From positions 4,464,001 to 4,528,000 of the forward strand of contig JBLDXI010000015.1 in the NCBI GenBank assembly GCA_047495785.1: a stretch of 64,000 bases of DNA. The letters run 5' to 3'. This document shows, piece after piece, positions 1 to 11,199 of this stretch. The DNA comes from Lepidodermella squamata. Lineage: Eukaryota; Animalia; Gastrotricha. Below the pieces are notes generated by a model. The model did no database searches, was not told the origin of the DNA, and saw only the letters and a list, made by a program, of their open reading frames with translations. Position 1 is the stretch's first letter, and each line of letters opens with the position of its first letter. The translations under genes and the position numbers were made by a program.

Positions 1-127
1 ATTATCAACTGGATCGCCCGACAACACATCGCCCTCTGCAGGAAGTGCGGTTTCAGGCTCAGCTAAATAAAGAAAAACAGTTGATCGATCTATTTCACGC
101 GATTTAGAGCTCACTTGGATCACTCAT
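1..127 (-). CDS. 5' end of an unidentified spliced gene running off the window start (MSDPTEPETALPAEGDVLSGDPVDN...)
   Basis: ATG at 127, GTGAG donor, TTTAG acceptor, and an open frame to the window edge. X-box-like motif about 100 nt upstream. Confidence 0.45.
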
Positions 128-228
128 TAAGTATTATAACAGAGAACAGGAAATTTCGCATCAATCCATAAAAACTGAAAAACTTTGGCTATGCACAACC
201 GCACAACATGGATTGCGTGGACCATAGC

Positions 229-242
229 GTTGCCATAGCACT
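229..242. promoter_or_regulatory. RFX X-box-like motif (GTTGCCATAGCACT)
   Basis: Close to the RFX consensus GTTNCCATRGNAAC and upstream of the partial gene at 1-127. Confidence 0.3.
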
Positions 243-1722
243 GCTTTTTTGTCTTGACTGCATTTACATTACTTTTATATGATTAACTTTTAATTACCAT
301 ATAAAAACATTTTGTATTAATTTAATATTGTATCACGTGACATCGCGAGCGGGATTTTTTTTTATTTTATCCTAAACGAGACCAAACGAGAACGCGGAGG
401 AGGCGATCCTGACTGAATCTAGTTCAACTTTGAAAAGTACATTAAAGAAGTGATATCTTTATTTTTGCTTAAATCAACGAAAAATCGGAATCTGAGCGCG
501 GCCATGTTAAAAACACAACTACCAACTTTGTCATCAGCATTATGAAACGCAGTAAGATCAGAAGTCCGGAGTCAGAGGACTGGCGAGAAAGTTGAAACGT
601 GAGTACTACGTTGCAATCGCTGCTTCAGCGACCAAGTGTAGGTGGTCGAAGGAGGATCATCTGAATGGCTATTAACTTCTCTTGCACAACAGTTTGGTTT
701 CCGCAAATTCTACAACGTAATCACCTGAGAAATCCATTCAAGGAACCTCTTAAACCTGAACCTCTTCTTGGATTCACTCTATACTGAAGGAATCGTCGCC
801 TCTCGAGTCGTTCTGATTTTACATAAAGTCGATCGAACTCTACTGGGACTAATATAAGATACAAATTGTTAAACTTAACAATGCCTCCTTGGTGGCACTG
901 TGATAAAACACGGCGTCTCTCACGGCAATGTTCTTTACAATGTTTTACGTATTTACAATTTACGCCAGTGAACTTTCTGGCTTAGTATCTGACCCTGAAT
1001 GCGCAGTGCATAATTTTATATGGCCATGACACTAGGATCTATGCAGCCTGAGAATCTATTGAAGGGGCCAAAGCCAAATTCTAGACACAAGTCACGTCGA
1101 ACTTCGTCGTCCAATTTGTGATGGGGCAACTTGATCTATTTATCACAGTAGAGCCATAATTTATTTGCTATTCTAGTTATTATAGCTTTCTTTGGCTACC
1201 CATTTGTAAAATCAAAGTGACCTCATCCTCGTGTCTGACGGTATTATCTTATCTCACTCTTTATTCTACTTATTTTTGTATTCTTATCTTATCTTGCGTG
1301 CTAAGTCGGTAATTCTGATTGTTACTCGGCCCTCATGAGCACGAGCCAAAGAACGGGCACGGGGCACGAAGGCGGGGAATAGCGCGACTCGCGTCATCCG
1401 TCAAATGAATTCTGCAAAGCTCACACTGCAAGCTACCGAATTGTGAAGGAGCAACTCGGATACATTGTTTTATTAGATTCGTAACATAAAGTTTTGTAAC
1501 CGGTTGCGTCACCTTGGCCGGCCGTCGGTTCGGGCCCCGTTTCCTCCGGCGTGATTGCTGGCCCTGGCGTCACGGGGCCCTTGTGAAACATCGCCCCTGA
1601 CTAGGGTGACTAGGGTTCTAATCTTCAACTGATTCTAAAGCGATACTTGGACTACGATGTATTTTTAGAGAGTTCAATATTAACTGAAAACGCTGAGTAT
1701 CCGCTCTTTAATCATTCGAAGA

Positions 1723-2438
1723 ATGGTGAGTGTGGTAGCTAATTTCCAGAAATCGTATATTTGAATATTCATGACAGGCTTCAAAATCTGGAGCCCAATC
1801 TATGTTTGATTTTACGGTCAAGGACATTGACGGAAACGATGTCTCGCTGGAAAAATACCGGTTAGTTTTCTGCACTTCGTGCAAATGATAGGTTTTTATT
1901 TACTATGTTTGAACAGCGGGAAAGTTTCACTTGTGGTCAATGTTGCGTCCCAATGAGGTTTCACAGCCAAGAATTATGCCCAGCTTCAAGAAATGTACGC
2001 CAAATATGACGGGAAGCTGGCGATTCTTGGCTTTCCTTGCAACCAATTCGGGAAACAAGTAATCTCATTGACTATAAAAATAAGGTCCTTTTTCAAAACT
2101 ATCGTCTTATCGTCTTAGGAACCTGGTTGTGACATCGACATTAAAGAATTTGTCAAGAAACGTGGAGTTACCTTCGACATGTTCGCCAAAGTTGATGTCA
2201 ATGGTGATACCGCCGACCCGCTCTATAAATTCTTAAAGAGTGCTCAAGGTGGCTGGTTCGGAGAGTATGTTTTTTTGAAATCGCAATGCACGCTGAATAT
2301 TAATATTATGTCAATAGTGCGATTAAATGGAATTTCACCAAGTTCCTGGTAAACAAGGAGGGAAAACCAGTTGAGCGCTATGCCCCGACAACGGCGCCGG
2401 TGGATATCCAGAAAGACATTGACAAGCTATTGGCTTGA
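1723..2438 (+). CDS. GPX4: Selenocysteine-containing glutathione peroxidase, GPx4/PHGPx type; 5 exons (1723-1725, 1778-1860, 1917-2058, 2119-2264, 2318-2438)
   Basis: Spliced translation [41 protein letters not shown](U)GFTAKNY...[13 protein letters not shown]...[10 protein letters not shown]. In-frame TGA at 1954-1956 lies at the catalytic position. Missed by the ORF track. Confidence 0.95.
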
Positions 2439-2481
2439 AATCATGACCGTTCGCTGCATCGATTACTGACGTTGGTTGGGT

Positions 2482-2560
2482 GTTGAAGCTTGTTATGACG
2501 GGTTGCTCAGAAACCTCTTACCCGGAGGTTGAGCGGCTCTGATGTTTTAGCCTCTTCAGC
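2482..2560 (+). promoter_or_regulatory. SECIS element (form II) in the GPx 3' UTR
   Basis: ATGA (2495-2498), helix GGGTTGCTCA/TGAGCGGCTC, AAA (2511-2513), mini-stem CCTC/GAGG, TGAT (2540-2543), and lower helix GTTGAAG/CTTCAGC. Confidence 0.9.
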
Positions 2561-2771
2561 CGATTTAATGAATGTTCTCGATGTTTGCTGAGCAGTTATG
2601 AGTTAATTATTAATTATGATTTTTTAGGTTTAGAGATTCATCTACTACAGTCTCTTCACGTGTAATTATGATGCGGTAATATGGCTAACACCCTGCGCAA
2701 CATAGTTTAATCCGGATTCATAGCTTTTGATCGAAATGAATAAATCAAAAATTTCCATTATGCTGCTTTAT

Positions 2772-3286
2772 TTAACTCAAATTGCGGAGCCAGAACTCAT
2801 CGAGAAATAAAATGCCGAGGAAATATGGGAATAAAGTTGAAAGGCTGAACGCTGAGCTGTCGTTGCACATCGGCGTGTTGCAATAGCAAGCTATCAAGCG
2901 ACCCACCTGAGTGCAACCGTTTGGATATGGGTGCGATTCACAAGATCTTTGTCAGCAAAACTGCAAGTTATTGCAAAAATACGAAAGAAATGCTCACCTT
3001 ACTGAACTATGAATCGTTTGAGAGTAAGCATACACAACTTTAGAACAGCTTGAGCAATTCTCAGCAGGCATAGTTGGAACAAACTGATCCAAAAGAACGA
3101 AAGCTTTATGCGGTAGAGAGTCGTCTCGCTTGTTGATAGCGACATGGCAGCTGATCCCAATGACTAAGTAATTATCAAGATATACTATCGCACTGAGCGA
3201 AGTAAGGTAAAATTCAAACCTCTGGGGACAATGCCGGCAGAGACTATCATTAGGGCCATTATGTGCCGCGTTGGCGATATGGGCAT
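2772..3286 (-). CDS. Ly6/uPAR (three-finger)-like, probably GPI-anchored protein; 3 exons
   Basis: Signal peptide MPISPTRHIMALMIVSAGIVPRVIG, then ISCH...CSSCSK...RSCE...GCTQ...ACYCNTPMCN and a hydrophobic C-terminal tail. CxCxxxxCN is typical of LU domains. Confidence 0.7.
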
Positions 3287-3916
3287 CAGTAACTTTACGA
3301 TGTCATTGCAGACAACAACAATCACACCTAGGTTGTTGATGAATGTCAATTGCAAATAGGCTGGTTATAGTCGTACAATTAAAGGTTGACTGGTTGTAAC
3401 GCAGGAAAGCGCAGAGCTGTGGTATTTCATCTCCCGGAATTATTGTATATTTTTAGTACAGCTCGGCACAGCCTAACAATGAAATGACAATGGCGGAAAA
3501 CGAAAATAAATTTCTATGTATTCTTTACGAGACATGGTAAACTTGACACGACTCGAAATATGTGATTCTTTGATGACACACGAGGTAAAGAGATGAAGTA
3601 AATACGCTTTGCAACTCTTGTTACATTTCATCTAAATATTAAGGCTTATGTTTCTGCTGCAGGCAACAATTTCAGTGCATTCAGGCGGTGAACATAAATG
3701 CAGAACGCGATGGTTTAAAAGCGGAAAAGTGCGCAAAAATGGAAGATTTCAGTTTCTCGCAAAGTCCATAATTGAAACCGGGTTTTTCTGATGTCTGAAA
3801 TTACGTGCACAAGCCTCATGACTTATCTCTGACTGTGATCGACATACCGAATAAAATATATTTATACTGTAAGGTAGTGAAAATTATTGGCAAGGTTATG
3901 TTCCGGTATAAAACGG

Positions 3917-4895
3917 TTAGCAAGAACAGTTATTTGCGAAATAGATTGCTAAAATGACCATCATTATTAGCATGACCACCAAGCTAGATGCGTAGAAAAT
4001 TATTTCCAAATTTGAAATGACGGGTTCTCCTGCAAAATAAAAAAATAAATAGACAAAGCTATCAACAAGTTTGGTTGTTACCTGGAATATTTGGCAAAGG
4101 CAATAATACCACCTTTCGCGTTACTTCATAGATTGGAGTCGAAGTCACCTCATGCAGCATAGCTGGTTTCGTAAAGTTTTAATATACATGAGCGCGAAAT
4201 TTATTAAATGTAAAATGCATACCAGGTATACATTGGGGTAAAATGTTCAGCCACTCGCCATTGTCCAGGCAAAAGTTGTCATCGTACCCCAGGATCTCGA
4301 AGCCAAGGTCGCATTGGAACATTATGTGAGTTCCCGGGTAAAATCGACTGTCGTTGGATCTACCGCTCTTAAAATTCGTCGCTGAGCGAGCTTGCCACAC
4401 TGGTTGCAATATAATCATCGCTGCATGTCGGGGCGTGTCAGGTATTTCGCAAGTAATCGCTTTGTCTACGTCAGTGGCTATTTATTTTATATTGATACGT
4501 CTTCAACCGGGTGATGTTATTTCCCAATTTAATTAATGAAAACCTTTGGAGCAATAACCAAGTGGCTTGTCAAGACTCCCTGATGCCAAGCATCTTGCCT
4601 CTGCTCTGCCAATTATTGAGAAACCGGGTAAACAAATTAAGTAAGCCGTCTTGTCAACTTTAAGAAGGCCGTCGTTCGAGATTCCATCAGGAATATTGAT
4701 CATCCCGTATTGGACGTCTGGCAACGGGCAGTTTCTTGAATTGACCATCTATTACGCCCGTTTCAAACATTCAAGCTATCACGAAGAGGATGTGAATTTC
4801 GAATATACCTTAAAATTATTGACAAAGAATCCTGCAAAAAGAATAACTCCCAAGTTGATTTTATAGCTGGCTGCTCTCGACAACGACAGACTCAT
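3917..4895 (-). CDS. Type I membrane protein with two Sushi/CCP domains (copy A)
   Basis: Signal exon at 4895, CCP1 (CPLP...CLPGFSIIG...CLASG...C), CCP2 (CEIP...FQCDLGFEILG...CLDNGEWLNILPQC), and TM exon IIFYASSLVVMLIMMVILAIYF ending NNCSC*. Confidence 0.75.
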
Positions 4896-5172
4896 AATAA
4901 ATAATAAACTGAACAGAACTTGCGTAAAGAAATGACTTCTCTTTACGCATGCGAAGCTATGCGAAAAGTTCCTATAGTGGCGTCCTCTTAGCCTTTATTG
5001 TTTAGATTTTCCATTGAGTCTTTTAACAGTGTTTCATCTTGAGGACTTATTGTTGTTAGATTCATTTTAAGCAAGATTTCAGCTCTGAATTTCGTTGCTT
5101 TATCTGTTATTCGGTGCAGCATTTCTGCGAGTTGGTGTCAACATAGAAGTCACCATATAGAAGTAGCCAGAT

Positions 5173-6412
5173 ATGCGCTTGACATTATTGACATTATTGA
5201 ATTTCGGAATTTGTTTGTTCGGAAATTGTGGCGCGGTAAATTACTCATTCATTGAATTTCACTAAATTTACAACGAGCAAAGTTTAAAAGTTGAATCGTG
5301 AGCACAACACTTGTGCCTCTGCAGAAGAAAATTCAATGTGCTTTCCTCAGCCCAAGAATACCTAAAATTAAATTCCGAATTAAGCCACAGTTTTACGTGC
5401 AGTAAAAATCGTCAACGTGGAAAGCTAAATTTAAATTATTATAGTCATTTAGCTCTCTGTTTGGGCCTTTGGCTGCTTTTCTTGTACCATTTTGTTCATT
5501 TATCATTTCATTTAAATGTTTTTTTTTGTTTTCCGATTTAAACCCTCTCTGACTTCTACAATGTGAATACAGAGTTGCGTTGCACCTGTCATCTCTCGTG
5601 GCTTGATACGCATTAGCTCCAACGAATCTCCAGTTGTTTCAGCCACACAAGAACTCGCAATAGGCACTGTAGTAAAACTTGAATGCGAAAAGAATTTCCG
5701 TCCAAAACGCTCCTTGCAAGCAATATGCTCTGATAACGGCGAACTGGTTCCTCCCCTTGGATCTTGCGTCCGTAAGTTATAACAACGATGATGAATGGTG
5801 GTGGCTTAATGTAGTTATATTCATGTAGCATTTACTTGTGAGCTTCGCAAGTCGTACATTAGAGATGGATTCTTGTCTTTCACCCAGAACTCTTCGACAC
5901 CCTCAATGTCAACCGATACCTCTCTGTTTTACGATGTAGCATCAAAAATCAAATTGCTATGTCAGCCTGGACGTCTTCTTTCACACGACGATCTAATTGC
6001 TTGTGGGGCTGATGGAACGTGGAGTGCAAGTTTACCTCAATGTATTAAAGGTAAAGAGGGCGAATTATATAAGCTTGATTCAAGTTCTTCTCTGTAAGTC
6101 AGTAAGCTCACCCTCAGCTGGAAAACCATCTACGCCTAGTACAAAGCTTTCAAGCCATCTCACCCATGGCAGCGACAGGGAAGAAATTTCCTATAATGAA
6201 TATGTGGTTCCATGGCATCAACTGAATCTAGATACGAAAGCAGGTGCGGCATCATTTTAATGAATTCTAAGATCATACTCTCAACTTTTACAGTGCCCCT
6301 GATGACCCAAAATGAGATCATTGCACTTGTCATTTTTGGCACACTACTGGTGGCTCTTGTCATTCTAACAGCTTTGGTCACCTTCAAGCGGTGCAGCTGC
6401 CTCAGCTGTTGA
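5173..6412 (+). CDS. Type I membrane protein with two Sushi/CCP domains (copy B)
   Basis: Signal exon MRLTLLTLLNFGICLFGNCGA|GT, CCP1 (CVAP...LECEKNF...CSDNG...GSC), CCP2 (CEL...LCQPG...CGADGTWSASLPQC), and TM IIALVIFGTLLVALVILTALVTF ending KRCSCLSC*. AATAAA follows directly. Confidence 0.75.
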
Positions 6413-7134
6413 TTTCAATAAAACAAATGTGGAGTTCTATCGGGTCATGCTGAAATATACCTAACTTAGATCGCAGGTTCACTGTTGAGTCTGATTATTA
6501 TCCAACTGCAGTGAAAGCACCAATCTCATGTAATCATCAGATAAGTATGGCATGTGTCATTAGCTTTTTTGCTGGGTTTATCAACGCGATTGTGAATCGC
6601 AATACTCGGAGCGCACGTTTACCCATAGACACAACAAGGGAAATTATGCGACAAATAATTGATCATGCGATAAATCAGCAACTCACAGGCAAACTTGTTT
6701 TTACCCTTTCTGCAAACGCATTGAATTTCAAAGACTCCATGGTTTATGAAGTTTATCACTCAATTGTTTTAATCACGAGTTTACGATTTCTCGGTCTCTC
6801 TCGCTGTAAGATGGCATTGAGGCGGTAATAGCTGGCAAAATTAATGTGTTCAAATTACGCGCCATCATTGCTATGGAAACAAAATAATTTTATACTTCTG
6901 ATAATATACAAAATGTTTATTTTATTTGTTTTCGAAATTAAACATTTTAATGTGTGAAACTATACGTGTTGATTTTTCTGAGTGGCGCGGGTAGTAAAGT
7001 TTTGGGAGTGTTACTTGGAAAAGTTGGTGCCCCGAGATTTGGGGCTATGCAGGTCGAAGGTCAGGCGTTTTATCAATAACCGTCTAATACATCTGTTGAA
7101 ACTAAAATTTTGCAAATGCTCTTCTAGCGAGACC

Positions 7135-7887
7135 ATGGACACAAGCGATGGTTTCTCACGAATTATTGGTCGAGCTCGAGATGAGTTGGAGCCATGGGGC
7201 TTTGAAGTGCACCCTTTTAAAGTGGAGTGGTACAATCAGCTGGTGGCTAATACCTTCCAGCTTAATGCTGCCGACGCTAAAACCGTCTTGCTTATCGTCA
7301 GTGCGCCGTCGATGTTTGAATCTCTATTTCTGCCTAGTTTAAAATCTCGACAGCCTGCTCACGATGGAGTGATTATTGACCCGATTGACGAATGCGTGAA
7401 GGCGAAGGTATCTGAAGCAGTGGAGTCTATCTCGTCAGAGGTGACACAGGTGTTATACGATTTTGAAATGTTCCATGGACGCAGGCCGAAAATTCTCATG
7501 CAAACTGCAGGTCATGTTTCAGGGGCAGCATATTACTACAGACCATCGGATATTAAGTCGCTTGAAGGAGTTAATCCTGATTGCAAAAGATGGTATGGCT
7601 GTTGCCTACATCCTCGTTATGGTGGTTGGTTTGCTTTCCGTGCTGCAATCGTTACTTCAATCGATTGGCCTGATAGCATTCCTCAGCCCGATCCGGTCGA
7701 TATCTTGTCAAATGATAGTAAGAAAATATTTAGCCTCCTTCATTCATTTAATACGAATTGGCGAGATAACAAATGGCGTAGTTGCTCAAATCCGGCCGAG
7801 AAATATTCAGAACTACAAAATACTTATTTTCTAACCTTGCCAGAGAATCGACTGAAACTTATCTCCGAGTGGCTAAAATCGATGTGA
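7135..7887 (+). CDS. MMACHC: Cobalamin processing protein CblC, intronless
   Basis: Motifs GFEVHPFKVEWYN, DPID, RRPKILMQTAGHVSGAAYYY and HPRYGGWFAFRA. Confidence 0.93.
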   Translation: MDTSDGFSRIIGRARDELEPWGFEVHPFKVEWYNQLVANTFQLNAADAKTVLLIVSAPSMFESLFLPSLKSRQPAHDGVIIDPIDECVKAKVSEAVESISSEVTQVLYDFEMFHGRRPKILMQTAGHVSGAAYYYRPSDIKSLEGVNPDCKRWYGCCLHPRYGGWFAFRAAIVTSIDWPDSIPQPDPVDILSNDSKKIFSLLHSFNTNWRDNKWRSCSNPAEKYSELQNTYFLTLPENRLKLISEWLKSM

Positions 7888-8044
7888 TGCCTCTATTTTC
7901 TTCTTTAGATTTACTAATTAGTTTATGGTTTATGTTTTCCTCTAGTAAATGTCAGTGATAGCTTACTTGTTCATTTTATTTATGTAGATTTTTCATTTTA
8001 TGAACCTTCGAGAGGACTTGAAGCTGTCATAAGAGAAGAATATT

Positions 8045-11000
8045 ATGATAGCGACGAACTCCGCTCGCAGTTCTGTTACCGAAGAAGTGGAGCAGAATGC
8101 TTGCGAGGCATCTCCACCGTGCGAAACTGGTGCAGTGCCACAGGCAGCTGGCGTTGTTAAGCAGCACAAAGTAATCAGTGCCCGACAAACAGCTGAGATT
8201 ATCGAGAAGGCGGACGAAACAGTTCTGGTGTTGGATTGCCGATCTTTTATCGAGTACAACGCCAGCCATATTAAAAAAGCTATAAATGTGTGTTGTTCGA
8301 AGCTGATGAAACGGAGGCTTCAACAAGATAAAGTACGTTCGCCACTTTTTGGCATCATCTCTCTGATTTAATGCTTTGACAGATGTCTGTTCGGGACTTG
8401 TTGCTGCAGAGTTGCAGAGTAGACTCGGATGGAATAATTACAGTTGTCGTATACGACCAATGCACCGAACAACCTGCAAAGCTACCTGCTGATAGTTTCC
8501 TCGTCATTTTGATGACTAAACTGCTCGCTACTTTCAATAATGTCTTCTTTTTGAGAGGTATTGTTTATTGCTGTCATTTTTAATTGTTACTATTGTTAAT
8601 TTCAATGTAGGAGGGTTTCTGCATTTTCAAAACCATCACTCAAACCTTATCGAATCCAACTCTCCTGCTTCGCCTCTTATGACTTCTGTCACCCAACCTG
8701 CGCAGTCCCACTCGCCTGATACGCCGCCGACGCGTGTGCTGTCTTTTCTTTACCTTGGCAGCCAAATTGATGCAATGAACAAAGAATTTATTGAGGTAAG
8801 TGTGGCCCTTATCTTATCTGTAACACCGTAAATTATGAAATTATGTTTTTTTTATATTTTCCAGTCTCGTCGTATCACGTATGTGCTCAACGTGTCGGCT
8901 CATTGCCCTCAGTGTCCCCACGTCCCTGAAGCCAACTTTCTTCGCATTCCTATAAATGATACGTACAACGAAAAAATCGTTCCTCATCTGGGCGAGGCGT
9001 TCAAATTTCTTGGTTAGTATCAGTGTGAAATATACCAGTGGCATTTTTGAAATGTGCTTCACTTTAGATAAGGTGCGAGAATCTGGTGGTTGTGTTCTTG
9101 TGCATTGTCTTGCTGGCATTTCACGCTCGCCTACAATGGCCATCGCTTACCTTATGCACAGCCTTCGTCTATCCTACGAAGAAGCGTATCAGTAAGTTTA
9201 ATACCATTCTACAATGACAAACTCGAGAGCCACGCTTAGATATTAACGGTTTTTATGTGGTTACCTTACCCTCCTTCGAGCGCGATGCCACTCCCTTGGC
9301 ATGGCTTAGTTCTTTTGGCAATGGGGCAACGTTATTATGCGCGACATCGTCATGAGCCAATGGCCGTTGAATTGCAATATTATTAATGCGGCAGTAGTAG
9401 GACATTAGGCTTAATAATAATAATAATAATAATACAATATCTAAGGTACCTATTGATAATCTCAACGGAGTCGTACACGCTGTTTTTTTATACATACACA
9501 CCACAACGTCATGCTATGTAAACAAGCACGCCCGCCGCGTTCTTTTATACCTCTCATGAGTTTCCGTGTAATCTTACCTGACAAGCTGCCGTTTGGTAGT
9601 AGTTATATTTGCTAACACCAGCCCAAGCCGATGGTTTTTTCTATGATTGCGACTGTGAATGCTTTGTGGGTCTGCACAATGGGATGGAAAAGTGCGGGAC
9701 TTGGCTGTGTGCCACCACCTATTCCAGGCACCGCGTTGACGGGCACGTGGTTACTGTTATTAGTCTGTTCTAAAAGACGCGATCTAAAAATAGCAGGTTA
9801 TCTCATTGATAAGGGCCAAGCCTTGATAAAAAAAGATTAAGTTGACCTCAATTAGTGTTGAAGATATTGGTATGATGGCAAGATCTAAAGTTTATTTTCA
9901 TGAAATGCAGATATGTTCGAGAACGGAGGCCTACTATCGCACCAAACTTCAACTTCCTCGGTCAACTTCTCGAATACGAAAAGTCGATGAATGAAAATCG
10001 TCACCGGCGCCACAAGCGGCAACAATCTTTACAGGGTAATGTGACCAGTGGCAGCTCGAACAAGCCAATGGTTTTCGTTCCTACATCGTTATCGGGGGAC
10101 GAGAGCGCTACCTCGAATTTCGTTCAGCAACTGCAGCAACAGCGAATCGTCCAAATTCTGCGCCCCCATTGCACAGCGTTGCCGAAGCGACCAAGCCTTA
10201 CTGGCCTTACAGAACTTGCTCAGGCTGCGTCGGCAACCGGCGCTGAGGCAAATAACAGGAGCAATGCGGCACCCAATAAAAGCAACCATTGGGCGTTTGC
10301 AATGCTCAGCGATCCGTCGGAACTGTCGGAAAAATTTCCGCGGTTAGATTCGCCCACATCAGCAATGGCGAGGTACATCAATGATCTTTTAATTATAAAT
10401 TGATGATTCAGTGTTACGTTGATCATGAGTCATTGCTATTATTTCATATGTGACTCTAATGAAGATGTTTTTTTACCCCTTCAGATTATCGTTCGATCGG
10501 TCAATCTCGGTCGAGGTGCGCTTACCAATAAATCAGCAAAATCCCAATGACGTCACATCTATGTCGATCGATATCGACTGTGGTGACTGTGCGACGCCAA
10601 AGAGCAGCCAATGCTCCGACTCGTCGTCCCTCGCAGCCTTATTGGCAAAAGCAGCCGTGGCTTCCGCATCAGCGGCGGCCAACCTGAGTTCGCTCCCCTT
10701 GCGCAGTTGCGTCGTTGACGGGCGGTTATCTGCAGCTCTGTCTTCGGCGCATCACAGGGCGTTGACTTGCGCGGCGGCCGGATGTGCCGGCGGGCTGTCT
10801 ATGCCGTCGTTCGACAGCCTCGTGGCTACACTATCCCACTCGAGTTCAGGCACCGCGTCGGACGTGGCCGCGGCCGCGGAAACGTTCGCTGCGTGGCGGA
10901 AAACGCGCTCGCTGGATAACATGGCTATGCTTGACCCTCTTATCGAGTCACCGGATCGGCCATCCGGTTGGTCTCCGACAACACCAACAGCCCCAGGTGC

Positions 11001-11199
11001 GAGCAACGCCAACGGTGTCGGCAACAGCAGCAACGGGCCGGCGTGGGTTGTGCGGGCCGCGAGTGCTTCCTTGGCTGAGCAGCCGAAAAACAATAGCGCG
11101 GGCAACGCGCTTATGTGCAACAGCGGCACGGTCAGCCCTGCCTCGTCTTCGCTATCCATCCATTCAGTCTGTTCAAGCACCACCGAAATAGCGGCCTAA
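8045..11199 (+). CDS. DUSP16: Dual-specificity MAP kinase phosphatase, DUSP8/DUSP16 type; multi-exon
   Basis: Rhodanese domain (DCRSFIEYNASHI, CSKLMKRRLQQ KIM), catalytic VLVHCLAGISRSPT, IAPNFNFLGQL, and a long Ser/Ala-rich tail. Confidence 0.9.

Noticed and set aside
1061-1201. GGGGCCAAAG ... CTTTGGCTACCC possible TIR pair
   Set aside because: Too short and imperfect, and no TSD.
2442-2480. Second ATGA...TGA in the GPx 3' UTR
   Set aside because: No convincing helix II or apical AA motif.
2917-2965. Apparent in-frame TGA in the Ly6 last exon (possible second Sec)
   Set aside because: Using the downstream ACAAAG acceptor restores the frame (VRSC) without the TGA, and no SECIS was seen.
6686-6880. 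Minus-strand exon MESLKFNAFAERVKTSLP|GTGAGT with an X-box-like ATTGCTATGGAAAC upstream
   Set aside because: Could not be joined into a coherent gene model; left unannotated.
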